Below, piece by piece: positions 49,364 to 58,704 of a stretch of 64,000 nt of DNA. Under the pieces are notes generated by a model, which was given only the letters and a program-made list of their open reading frames with translations, made no database searches and was not told the DNA's origin. The stretch spans positions 62,001 through 126,000 of IMG/VR virus record IMGVR_UViG_3300031963_000006; one strand, written 5' to 3'. Numbering within the stretch: position 1 is the first letter of the stretch; each line of letters opens with the position of its first letter. The translations under genes were made by a program, and so were the position numbers.

Positions 49364-50368
49364 GTGACCAAAACATTATTAATTGACGGAAACAATTTAT
49401 TAAAAATTGGATTTCATGGTGTGAAAGATTTCTTTCACGAAGGTAAACACGTTGGGGGTATTTGGCATTTTCTAAATACTACCCGACGTTTTATTGAAGA
49501 AGAAAACTTTGATAAAGTAGTCGTATTCTGGGATGGTGAAGGGAGTTCTCTCACAAGAAAAATAATATACCCCCAATACAAGGAGAACAGAAAACCTGGT
49601 TATGACTTTAAAGAGGAGTCGTTTTACCAACAAAAACATAGAGTAAAACAATATCTTGAAGAGATGTTTGTTCGTCAGGTTGATATTAACAACAATGAGG
49701 CTGATGACCTTATTGCTTATTATTGTCAGATTGCAAATGATGAGATTATAACCATTTTCTCGAGTGATAAAGACCTAACACAGCTTATATCACAAAACGT
49801 GTCTATATACTCACCCAGTAAAAGATTAACCTATAAAAAAGGTGATTTTATCAAACTACACGAGGTTGAGATACCCCACTATAATGTAAAAACATATAAA
49901 ATATTGTCAGGTGATAAGTCTGATAATATTGATGGTATCTATTATTTGGGTGAAAAAACTTTAGTCAAATTATTTCCTGAGATACTTGACCATGAGGTTT
50001 CTTTTAACGATATTTTAACAAGAGCCGAGGTATTACTTACTGAGGACAAAAAAAACAAAATATTACAAAACTTACTTTCAGGTAAAACAAAATCAGGTAT
50101 CTATGGAAATGAATTTTTTGAGATTAACAACAAAATCGTGGATTTGTCTAATCCGTTAATCACAGAGGAAGGTAAGGAAATAGTCAAATTATATTATAGT
50201 GAAACATTAGACCCCGAGGGGAGAGGGTATAGAAACCTAATCCGTATGATGATGGAGGATGGGTTCTTCAAATTTCTCCCAAAACATGACGAGGCTTGGG
50301 TAAACTTTGTAAAACCGTTTATGAAATTAACAAGAAAAGAAAAAAAACAATTTAAAACCAAAAAGTAA
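49364..50368 (+). CDS. 5'-3' exonuclease/flap endonuclease (T4 RNase H-like)
   Basis: LLIDGNNL, EADDLIA, SSDKDLTQL and LSGDKSDNIDGI..LGEKT; GTG start. Confidence 0.9.
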   Translation: MTKTLLIDGNNLLKIGFHGVKDFFHEGKHVGGIWHFLNTTRRFIEEENFDKVVVFWDGEGSSLTRKIIYPQYKENRKPGYDFKEESFYQQKHRVKQYLEEMFVRQVDINNNEADDLIAYYCQIANDEIITIFSSDKDLTQLISQNVSIYSPSKRLTYKKGDFIKLHEVEIPHYNVKTYKILSGDKSDNIDGIYYLGEKTLVKLFPEILDHEVSFNDILTRAEVLLTEDKKNKILQNLLSGKTKSGIYGNEFFEINNKIVDLSNPLITEEGKEIVKLYYSETLDPEGRGYRNLIRMMMEDGFFKFLPKHDEAWVNFVKPFMKLTRKEKKQFKTKK

Positions 50369-50374
50369 TTTTTT

Positions 50375-50827
50375 ATGAAAGAGCAAGATTTAACAAAACT
50401 TGAGTTTTTGATGATGGTTAACGATAACATCATCGTTCAGAGGTATTTTAATGTTCGTGATTACAATCCCGAAGCAAAATACTCATCCGAACTTTATGAG
50501 TTTATTTTAGAATTTAAAAATACTCTCATGCATCGTTTGAAGATGAAAACTGTGGATTATATGCTTGAAAATTCTTATGAGATTCAGGGTAACCCATCTA
50601 TTTTGGATACGTCATATACCGACGGACCAGAACACTTTAACATCTTTATTAAACATGGGGACATGACAATTTGTCATCGTCAGATTGATGCTAAGATTTT
50701 CCCTCCTAAAATAAGATACACCGTAGATATCCGCCCTCATATAAAAAGTTTGCTTTCATCACTTACTGACATTTTTTCAGCGAAAAATTTAACTTTTGAA
50801 TTCGCGGGAATTAGTACTAAGCGATAA
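50375..50827 (+). CDS. Hypothetical protein (150 aa)
   Basis: Tightly spaced ORF within the replication operon. Confidence 0.75.
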   Translation: MKEQDLTKLEFLMMVNDNIIVQRYFNVRDYNPEAKYSSELYEFILEFKNTLMHRLKMKTVDYMLENSYEIQGNPSILDTSYTDGPEHFNIFIKHGDMTICHRQIDAKIFPPKIRYTVDIRPHIKSLLSSLTDIFSAKNLTFEFAGISTKR

Positions 50828-50856
50828 TATTTATCAAAAACGAACAAAAATTTACT

Positions 50857-52239
50857 ATGGCGTCAAACAAAAATTTCGATTATTTAGGGTCTTCTTTTCA
50901 AATACAATTATTGAATCAAATCATTATTGATAAAGAGTTCGGAAGGTCCATAATTGACGTTATAGAACAACAATATTTTGAAAATAAGTACTTCAAAATC
51001 ATCTTGCAAATGATTAAGGAGTACTATTCCAAATACGAACACGTACCTACTTTTGATACATTAGAGCAAATAACCAAGTCTGAACTACAACAAGAATTGG
51101 CCTCTAAAATTGTGTTGGACACTATCACAAAAATCAAAGACTCCCCAATTGAAGGCAGTGGTTTTATTCAAGAAAAGGCTCTCAAGTTTTGTAAACAACA
51201 AGAACTACAAAAAGCCATTACTAAAGCTCAAAAAGTTATTGATGGTGGTGAGTTTGAAAGTTATGACAAACTAGAAGAACTAGTTAGAGAAGCTCTACAA
51301 GTTGGAGAACGAGAAGATGGAATGGCCGATGTATTCTCTAATTTGGATGATGTACTTAACGAAGACTATCGTCACCCAATTCCGATGGGAATACCAGGTA
51401 TCGACAGATTGTTAAAAGGAGGTTTGGCAAAAGGAGAATTAGGAGTTATCTTAGCCCCCACGGGAGTAGGTAAATCTACATTCTTAACCAAAATTGCAAA
51501 TCACTCATTTAATTTGGGATACAATGTACTTCAAATATTCTTCGAGGATAACCCAAAAATTATTCAACGTAAACACATCACACTTTGGACAAAAGTCCAT
51601 CCCGATGAGTTATCAACTAAAAAAGATGAGGTGATGGATAAGGTTAGAGAGGTACAAAGTAAGATGGAAAACCGTCTTATTTTAAAGAAACTACCATCAG
51701 ATACTTTAACAATGCTTCAAATCAAAAATCAACTTCGCAAGATGATTGCTGATGGAGTTAAGTTAGATATGGTTGTATTAGACTATATTGACTGTATCGT
51801 TCCTGATAAAAATTTGGGTGATGAATGGAAGAGTGAAGGTTCGGTTATGAGAGGTTTCGAAGCAATGTGTCACGAGTTGAATCTGGTTGGGTGGACGGCA
51901 ACACAGGGTAACAGAAGTTCGATTTCATCAGAGGTCGTAACAACAGACCAAATGGGTGGGTCAATTAAGAAGGCTCAAGTTGGTCACGTTATTATATCTG
52001 TTGCGAAAACATTACAACAAAAAGAGATGAAACTGGCCACAATTGCAATAACCAAATCAAGAATTGGTGACGATGGTATTGTGTTTGAAAATTGTAAGTT
52101 CGATAACGGTATGTTAGAAATCGATACCGAAAGTTCGGTAACGTTCTTAGGACTTGAAGAACAGAAAGAAGAACAACAAAGACAACGAGTAAAAGATTTA
52201 CTCGAAAGAAGAAAACAAAGAGAACAACAAAATAATTAA
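50857..52239 (+). CDS. Replicative DnaB-like helicase (gp41-like)
   Basis: [28 protein letters not shown] and WTATQGNR. Confidence 0.9.
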   Translation: MASNKNFDYLGSSFQIQLLNQIIIDKEFGRSIIDVIEQQYFENKYFKIILQMIKEYYSKYEHVPTFDTLEQITKSELQQELASKIVLDTITKIKDSPIEGSGFIQEKALKFCKQQELQKAITKAQKVIDGGEFESYDKLEELVREALQVGEREDGMADVFSNLDDVLNEDYRHPIPMGIPGIDRLLKGGLAKGELGVILAPTGVGKSTFLTKIANHSFNLGYNVLQIFFEDNPKIIQRKHITLWTKVHPDELSTKKDEVMDKVREVQSKMENRLILKKLPSDTLTMLQIKNQLRKMIADGVKLDMVVLDYIDCIVPDKNLGDEWKSEGSVMRGFEAMCHELNLVGWTATQGNRSSISSEVVTTDQMGGSIKKAQVGHVIISVAKTLQQKEMKLATIAITKSRIGDDGIVFENCKFDNGMLEIDTESSVTFLGLEEQKEEQQRQRVKDLLERRKQREQQNN

Positions 52240-52244
52240 TTAAT

Positions 52245-53192
52245 ATGGAAAAGATTTTAGTAGAGAATCCTAATAGGTTTGTAATATTTCCTATCGAACA
52301 TAACGATATATGGGAATATTATAAAATGCACCAAGCCGCGTTTTGGACGGCTGAAGAGGTTGATTTATCAGGTGATATTCGTGATTGGGAAAACCTTTCA
52401 GAAAATGAACAATACTTTGTTAAAAATGTACTGTCATTCTTTGCAGCATCCGATGGTATTGTAAATGAAAACTTGGCGGAGAATTTCTATAGAGAAGTAC
52501 AATACCCTGAAGCAAAATTCTTTTACGGATTTCAACTTGCAATGGAAAACATTCACAGTCTAATGTACTCACTCTTGATTGATACATATGTGTCAAATCC
52601 AAAAGAAAAAGATGAATGTTTTCATGCGATTGACAGACTTCCAGCGGTTCAAAAGAAAGCAAAATGGGCTCTTGATTGGATTACAAACGCATCATTCCAA
52701 GAAAGACTTGTGGCTTTTGCGGCCGTAGAAGGAATTTTCTTTTCAGGTTCATTCTGTTCAATATTTTGGTTGAAATCAAGAGGACTTATGCAAGGTTTAT
52801 GTAATGCAAATTCGCTCATCTTTAAAGATGAAAATCTTCACTGTGACTTTGCAATTCACCTCTTGAATAATCACTGTGAAAACAAACCAAGTGAAAAGAG
52901 AATTAAAGAGATTTTGTTGTCAGCTCTTGAGATTGAAAAAGAATTTATTACCGAATCACTTCCAGTTTCACTTATCGGAATGAACTCAAATCTTATGAAA
53001 CAATATCTTGAGTTTGTTGTTGATGGTCTACTTGTTAAAATGGGATGTAAGAAACAATTTAATGTTGAACAACCATTTAAATTTATGGAACAAATCGCAG
53101 TTGAAACAAAAGGTAACTTCTTTGAATCAAGAACTGTTGAGTACCAAAAAGCAAAGTTGAACGAAACATTGTCCTTTACGGACGACTTTTAA
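52245..53192 (+). CDS. nrdB: Ribonucleotide reductase class Ia beta subunit
   Basis: [21 protein letters not shown] (iron ligands and radical Tyr), [10 protein letters not shown] and DENLH. Confidence 0.95.
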   Translation: MEKILVENPNRFVIFPIEHNDIWEYYKMHQAAFWTAEEVDLSGDIRDWENLSENEQYFVKNVLSFFAASDGIVNENLAENFYREVQYPEAKFFYGFQLAMENIHSLMYSLLIDTYVSNPKEKDECFHAIDRLPAVQKKAKWALDWITNASFQERLVAFAAVEGIFFSGSFCSIFWLKSRGLMQGLCNANSLIFKDENLHCDFAIHLLNNHCENKPSEKRIKEILLSALEIEKEFITESLPVSLIGMNSNLMKQYLEFVVDGLLVKMGCKKQFNVEQPFKFMEQIAVETKGNFFESRTVEYQKAKLNETLSFTDDF

Positions 53193-53211
53193 TTGATTAT
53201 CTTTTAAAACT

Positions 53212-55644
53212 ATGATGTCTTTAAAAATTAAAAAAAGAAGTGGGGAGGACTCGTCCTTTAACCCACAGAAAATATATAACCGAATTAAAAGAGCGGCAAA
53301 AGGTTTGAACGTAAATTCGGACGAAATCTTTATTAAAGTAATCACTTCGGTACCAACCGAAGGTGAGATTATGACCAAAGATTTGGATAAATTAATTTAT
53401 GAAATAGCCGCCGCTTATACTGGTAGTCACCACGATTATTCTAGACTCGCATCGTCTGTTGCAATTTCATCTTATCACAAAGAAACAAACCCAAGTTTCT
53501 CAAACACTATGATGGAACTTTACAAAGAAAGAATTGTTAATGATGAGTTTATCAATATGATTAGCAGTTACGGTCCGTCAAATATTGATGAGGTTATCAA
53601 TCACGACAATGACTATAATTTTGATTACTTTGCTTGGAGGTCATTACAAGAGATGTATCTTTTGAAACTACCAAGTGGTAAGACAATCGAGCGTCCACAA
53701 CATATGTATATGCGTGTTGCAATATGGGTAACTAAATCATTTGAACAAGCGGTCGAATACTATAAGTCACTATCAAGTCAGCTTATTTCACCGGCAACAC
53801 CAATTATGATTAATGCCGGTACAAAAATTCCACAACTCGCCTCTTGTGTTCTTCACTATAATGATGCGGACTCTAGAGAAGGTCTTTTGAACACGATGAA
53901 AGATATTTCAACATATTCATCAGACGCTGCGGGTATTGGTTTATCTATGTCAAATATCCGAAGCAAAGAAAGTAGAATTTCATCATCAGGTGGATTTGCG
54001 GGAGGACTTTTAAAGTATTTAAAAATTGTTAATGAATCACTTCGTTTCTTTAACCAACAAGGACGTAGACCTGGTTCCGCAGCAATTTATTTGGAACCTT
54101 GGCATAAAGATATTTTTGACCTTTTAGATATTAAAAAGAATACGGGAGCTGAAGAATTGAGAGCACGTGATTTGTTTACCGCACTTTGGATTCCTGATAA
54201 CTTTATGAAAGCTGTTAAGAACAATGGTGATTGGTATTTGTTCTGTCCTAACGATATTAAGAAAGCGGGTGTTAAACCCCTCCAAGAATGTTATGGTGAT
54301 GAATATGAAGAAAACTATAACAAAGCAGTTGAATTAGGTCTTGGTAAAAAAGTTAAAGCCCAAGAAATTTGGTCAAAGATTATTGAGTCACAGATTGAAA
54401 CTGGTGTACCATATCTCTGCTCAAAGGATAACGCAAACAAAAAGACAAACCACCAAAACATCGGTGTAATCAAACAGTCAAATCTTTGTAATGAAATTTA
54501 TCAATACACAGATGAAAACACAACTGCGATTTGTACACTATCATCAATGGTATTAAAGAACTTCATTAAAGAAGGAACATTTGACCATCAGTTGTTGTAC
54601 GAGGAAACTCGTAAAGTTGTAAGGGCTCTTAACAAAGTTGTGGATATTAACAACTACTCAACTGAAAAGGGAAACAAGGGTGGTCGTGAACAAAGAGCAA
54701 TTGCCATTGGAACACAGGGTCTTGCTGATGTATTCTATTTGATGGATTATATCTTTACATCTGATGAAGCGAAGAAACTAAATAAAGAAATATTTGAAAC
54801 AATTTATTTTGCGGCAATTACTGAAAGTTGTCGTTTATGTAAGTCAGAAGAATATAAACCATATGATTTCTTTAACGGCTCACCGATGTCAGAAGGAGTG
54901 TTCCAATTTGATATGTGGGGACTCAATGAAGGTGATTTATCAGGAAGATGGGATTGGAAATTACTTAAAGAAGAAGTTAAAGATTATGGTGTTTGCAATT
55001 CTTTATTCACCGCTCAAATGCCTGTTGCGTCATCTGCTAAAATTACAGGCTCATATGAGATGACAGAACCCGCTCACTCGGCAATCTTTAACAGACGTGT
55101 TGTTGGTGGTGAAATTATGATTGTTAACAAATACTTGATTAATGATTTTGAGAAGCTCGGTATTTGGGGAGAAGACCTGAAGAATGAAATTATTCTTAAT
55201 GAAGGTTCAGTTCAGGGGATTAATTTCAATAACTACCTTGACCCTGAGGACAAACAGTACAATAAGAAAGTTAAAAGAATTGAGCACCTTATTCCAAAGT
55301 ATAAAACAATTTGGGAAATCTCACAGAAGGAATTGATTGAAATGGCGGCCGACAGAGCTCCGTTTATTGACCAATCACAGTCGATGAATATCTATATGGG
55401 TAACCCAACTCTATCTAAGATTTCATCATCACACTTCTATGGTTGGGAAAAGGGGCTAAAAACACTTTGTTATTATGTTAGAACAAAGGCAATTTCAACA
55501 GGGGCAAAACACTTGGCGGTTGACATATCAAAAATGTCAAAACCAAATGTTACACCTGAACCACCAAAAGTTGATTATAGTAACATGAATTTACCACCAA
55601 AACCAGCTAATTCTGAGTTTGAATGTTTTGGTTGTTCATCATAA
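53212..55644 (+). CDS. nrdA: Ribonucleotide reductase class Ia alpha subunit with ATP cone
   Basis: N-terminal ATP cone; LASC, SNLCNE and CTLSS catalytic cysteines; C-terminal CFGC. Confidence 0.95.
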   Translation: MMSLKIKKRSGEDSSFNPQKIYNRIKRAAKGLNVNSDEIFIKVITSVPTEGEIMTKDLDKLIYEIAAAYTGSHHDYSRLASSVAISSYHKETNPSFSNTMMELYKERIVNDEFINMISSYGPSNIDEVINHDNDYNFDYFAWRSLQEMYLLKLPSGKTIERPQHMYMRVAIWVTKSFEQAVEYYKSLSSQLISPATPIMINAGTKIPQLASCVLHYNDADSREGLLNTMKDISTYSSDAAGIGLSMSNIRSKESRISSSGGFAGGLLKYLKIVNESLRFFNQQGRRPGSAAIYLEPWHKDIFDLLDIKKNTGAEELRARDLFTALWIPDNFMKAVKNNGDWYLFCPNDIKKAGVKPLQECYGDEYEENYNKAVELGLGKKVKAQEIWSKIIESQIETGVPYLCSKDNANKKTNHQNIGVIKQSNLCNEIYQYTDENTTAICTLSSMVLKNFIKEGTFDHQLLYEETRKVVRALNKVVDINNYSTEKGNKGGREQRAIAIGTQGLADVFYLMDYIFTSDEAKKLNKEIFETIYFAAITESCRLCKSEEYKPYDFFNGSPMSEGVFQFDMWGLNEGDLSGRWDWKLLKEEVKDYGVCNSLFTAQMPVASSAKITGSYEMTEPAHSAIFNRRVVGGEIMIVNKYLINDFEKLGIWGEDLKNEIILNEGSVQGINFNNYLDPEDKQYNKKVKRIEHLIPKYKTIWEISQKELIEMAADRAPFIDQSQSMNIYMGNPTLSKISSSHFYGWEKGLKTLCYYVRTKAISTGAKHLAVDISKMSKPNVTPEPPKVDYSNMNLPPKPANSEFECFGCSS

Positions 55645-55647
55645 AAT

Positions 55648-55672
55648 AAATCCCGAGTAATCGGGATTTTTT
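55648..55672 (+). terminator. Rho-independent terminator after nrdA
   Basis: AAATCCCGA-GTAA-TCGGGATTT with a GNRA loop and a T-run. Confidence 0.85.
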
Positions 55673-55691
55673 ATTTAAGATATTTATTAAT

Positions 55692-56315
55692 ATGGCGGTA
55701 TATAATGAAAATATCGAATTATTTAAATGTTTAGTTAGGGTATCACATTTTACAAAAAATCCTAACGATGATAATAAATTCCACAAGGCTTATGCTTTTG
55801 CCATTCAATCAGTTGCTGGAAAAATATTAACATTCCATGTAATGACGGATTATGGAATGATGAGGTCAAGAGTTCCAATTTCTGAAATATTCATGAAAGA
55901 ACCGACTAACGACATACCGTTTCACTTTAAACAATTATGGGATTGTTTTTCTGAAAACGTAACTGTAACAACTTATGATTATTTATATGAAAAAAGGTGT
56001 CAGGTTGTTTTAAGAGATGGGTCAAAAATTTGGGCAACATATCTTATGACGGTTGATTGGTACAGAAATCCATATTCTGATGAACCTTCAGATTATAAGT
56101 GCGGGCACATTTTAATTGGTGATGACGGTTATCTTTTGTGCCAACCCAATAATAGAATTTATTGGAAGGATTCAAATTGGGTTACAAACAAATTCCCAAT
56201 AGAACCAAAAGAGATTAAAGTTGACACTGATTTACCTTCAGTCGAAACTTTATCCGATAGATGGGTTGCAGAAGATGGGGATTGTTATTATTATAATATA
56301 AAATCGACCGAATAA
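55692..56315 (+). CDS. Hypothetical phage protein (207 aa)
   Basis: Well-formed ORF after a TATTTATT motif; QLWDCF and QPNNRI segments; no function recognised. Confidence 0.75.
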   Translation: MAVYNENIELFKCLVRVSHFTKNPNDDNKFHKAYAFAIQSVAGKILTFHVMTDYGMMRSRVPISEIFMKEPTNDIPFHFKQLWDCFSENVTVTTYDYLYEKRCQVVLRDGSKIWATYLMTVDWYRNPYSDEPSDYKCGHILIGDDGYLLCQPNNRIYWKDSNWVTNKFPIEPKEIKVDTDLPSVETLSDRWVAEDGDCYYYNIKSTE

Positions 56316-56339
56316 TATTTATTATAAAATATACACACA

Positions 56340-56786
56340 ATGACATACGGTATAAATTTTCCATTCAGAGATTCTTTCAACGGAACTTATTTTGATTTAT
56401 CATCAACCAATGATGAAGAGATAAGAACTGATTTGGTTCATTTATTATTAACAAGAAAAGGAACTAGATACTTTTTACCTGATTTTGGAACAAGATTGTA
56501 TGAATATTTATTCGAACCATTAGATGGTCCTACTTTTTCCGATATCGAAGCTGAGATTAGGGATACTGTGTCAGAATATATACCCGGTATTACAATAACT
56601 AAAATAGATATAAAACCAGCTTCAAGTGATGACGAGGATAAAGGTTCATATGTTAACGACAATGATGAAAGAGTTTTCAGAGTCCCTGGAATTGGTACTT
56701 TGGAACATACTGCTAAAATAAAAATTGATTATAAAATTAATAACGATGTTTTTAATTCTAGCGATTTCGTTATTATTAATATTTAA
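56340..56786 (+). CDS. Baseplate wedge subunit (gp25-like)
   Basis: LLLTRKGTRYFLPDFGTRLYEYLFEP...IRDTVSEYIP. Confidence 0.9.
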   Translation: MTYGINFPFRDSFNGTYFDLSSTNDEEIRTDLVHLLLTRKGTRYFLPDFGTRLYEYLFEPLDGPTFSDIEAEIRDTVSEYIPGITITKIDIKPASSDDEDKGSYVNDNDERVFRVPGIGTLEHTAKIKIDYKINNDVFNSSDFVIINI

Positions 56787-56791
56787 AAGTT

Positions 56792-58630
56792 ATGGCGAAT
56801 AAAAAAATATCGTATACTACAAGAGATTTTCAGTCGATTAGGACTGAGTTAATAAATTTCACACAAACATATTATCCTGATTTAGTAAGTAACTTTAATG
56901 ATGCTTCGGTTTTTTCTGCTTTATTAGATTTAAACGCGGCGGTTTCAGACAACCTACAGTTCAATATTGACAGAAGTATACAAGAAACAGTACTTCAATA
57001 CGCTCAACAAAGGTCATCAATTTACAATATCGCCCGAACTTATGGATTAAAAATTCCAGGTCAGAGACCATCTGTTGCATTAGTTGACTTTTCGATTACA
57101 GTACCGGCTTTTGGAGATAAGGAAGATTTGAGATATTGTGGTATTTTAAGAAGAGGAGCTCAAGTTAACGGAGGAGGACAAGTTTTTGAAACCGTATACG
57201 ATATTGACTTTTCATCACCAATTAGTGGTGATGGGTTTCCTAATAGATTAAAGATTCCTGTATTTGATTCAAATAACAAGTTAATTAATTATACAATAGT
57301 AAAAAGAGAAACGGTTGTTAATGGAGTTACTAAAGTGTTTAAAAAAGTTGTAACACCAAATGATGTTAAACCATTTTTTGAATTGTTTTTACCTGAAAAA
57401 AATGTACTAGGGGTTACTAGTGTTATACTTAAAGATGGAACTCAATATGCTAACATACCTTCGGCTCAAGAATTTTTAAACAATGACATCAGATGGTATG
57501 AGGTTAAGGCCTTAATTGAGGATAGAGTTTTTGTAGAAGACCCAACTAAAACTTCGGACAGACCAGGTATCAAGGTTGGGAAATATGTGGTAACTAATAA
57601 CAAATTTATAACTGAATATACACCTGAAGGGTTTTTAAAAATGACTTTCGGTGGAGGTAGTCAATCTGCGGACGAACAATTAAGAGAATTCGCTCGAAAT
57701 GGTTACAAATTAGACCTATACAAATACTCGAATAATTTTGCATTAGGTAGTACCTTAAAGGCTAATACGACTATGTTTGTTCAATATAGAATTGGAGGTG
57801 GGTCTACAAGTAATTTAGGGGTGAATGTTATAACACAAATAGGTACGGTTTCATTCTTTGTTAATGGTCCTTCAGAATCTGTAAATAATAATGTTGTAAA
57901 TTCATTAAGATGTATAAATGTTACTGCGGCAATAGGAGGAGCGCCGGCTCCGACCACTGAAGAGGTAAGAAATTATGTTTCATTTAATTTTGCGGCACAA
58001 AACAGGGCTGTTACAGTTAATGACTATGAGTCTATAATAAGAACCATGCCGTCACAATATGGAGCACCGGCAAAAGTGTCAATAACTGAAGAAAATAATA
58101 AGATAAAAATTAAAATGTTATCTTATGATGATTCGGGTAAATTAACTGAGATAATATCAAACACTTTGAAAAGTAATGTTGCTAATTATTTGTCAAACTA
58201 CAGAATGATTAATGATTATATTTCAGTTGAGACGGCAAATGTGATTGATTTATCGTTAACTATAGATGTTGTGTTAGATTCAACTCAAAACCAAGGAGTT
58301 GTAATTTCTTCTATTATAAATTTAGTTTCAGATTATTTTGACCCTGCTAATATGCAGATGGGACAAAATGTTAATGTATCAGAAATACGTAGACTAATCC
58401 AAAGTGAAAATGGGGTATTGTCGATATCTGATATTTTGGTATTTAATAGAATTGGAGGTCAATATTCATCGTCACAAACGTCTCAGAGATACTTAGATTC
58501 GGACACAAAACAGATTGAATTGGTGGATGACACAATATTTGCGGAACCAAATCAAATTTACCAAATTAGATTCCCCGGTAAAGATATTAATATCAGAGTT
58601 AAGAACCTTTCTACGGTTAATTTTTCTTGA
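56792..58630 (+). CDS. Baseplate wedge subunit (gp6/baseplate J-like)
   Basis: RDFQSIR, AQQRSSIYNIARTYG, YRIGGG...N, A.GGAPA and QNRAVTVNDY. Confidence 0.85.
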   Translation: MANKKISYTTRDFQSIRTELINFTQTYYPDLVSNFNDASVFSALLDLNAAVSDNLQFNIDRSIQETVLQYAQQRSSIYNIARTYGLKIPGQRPSVALVDFSITVPAFGDKEDLRYCGILRRGAQVNGGGQVFETVYDIDFSSPISGDGFPNRLKIPVFDSNNKLINYTIVKRETVVNGVTKVFKKVVTPNDVKPFFELFLPEKNVLGVTSVILKDGTQYANIPSAQEFLNNDIRWYEVKALIEDRVFVEDPTKTSDRPGIKVGKYVVTNNKFITEYTPEGFLKMTFGGGSQSADEQLREFARNGYKLDLYKYSNNFALGSTLKANTTMFVQYRIGGGSTSNLGVNVITQIGTVSFFVNGPSESVNNNVVNSLRCINVTAAIGGAPAPTTEEVRNYVSFNFAAQNRAVTVNDYESIIRTMPSQYGAPAKVSITEENNKIKIKMLSYDDSGKLTEIISNTLKSNVANYLSNYRMINDYISVETANVIDLSLTIDVVLDSTQNQGVVISSIINLVSDYFDPANMQMGQNVNVSEIRRLIQSENGVLSISDILVFNRIGGQYSSSQTSQRYLDSDTKQIELVDDTIFAEPNQIYQIRFPGKDINIRVKNLSTVNFS

Positions 58631-58704
58631 TAATTTATTTATCTAAATAATGGTCTATCTTTTTTTGAAAATAGCAAATAAACTATTTATAAAAAAGGTT
58701 TTTC

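Noticed and set aside
568-54800. Other short nested or antisense track ORFs (e.g. 568, 1597, 5002, 14453, 17090, 19393, 21276, 26565, 28025, 31971, 35756, 40170-45686, 47428-47866, 48550, 50194, 52420, 53127, 54794)
   Set aside because: Each overlaps a longer gene with clear motifs, and none has a recognisable domain or its own initiation context.
16755-55644. Inteins or group I introns in the polymerase, helicases, recombinase or nrdA/nrdB
   Set aside because: Protein lengths are ordinary, motifs are normally spaced, and no intein boundary or LAGLIDADG blocks were seen.
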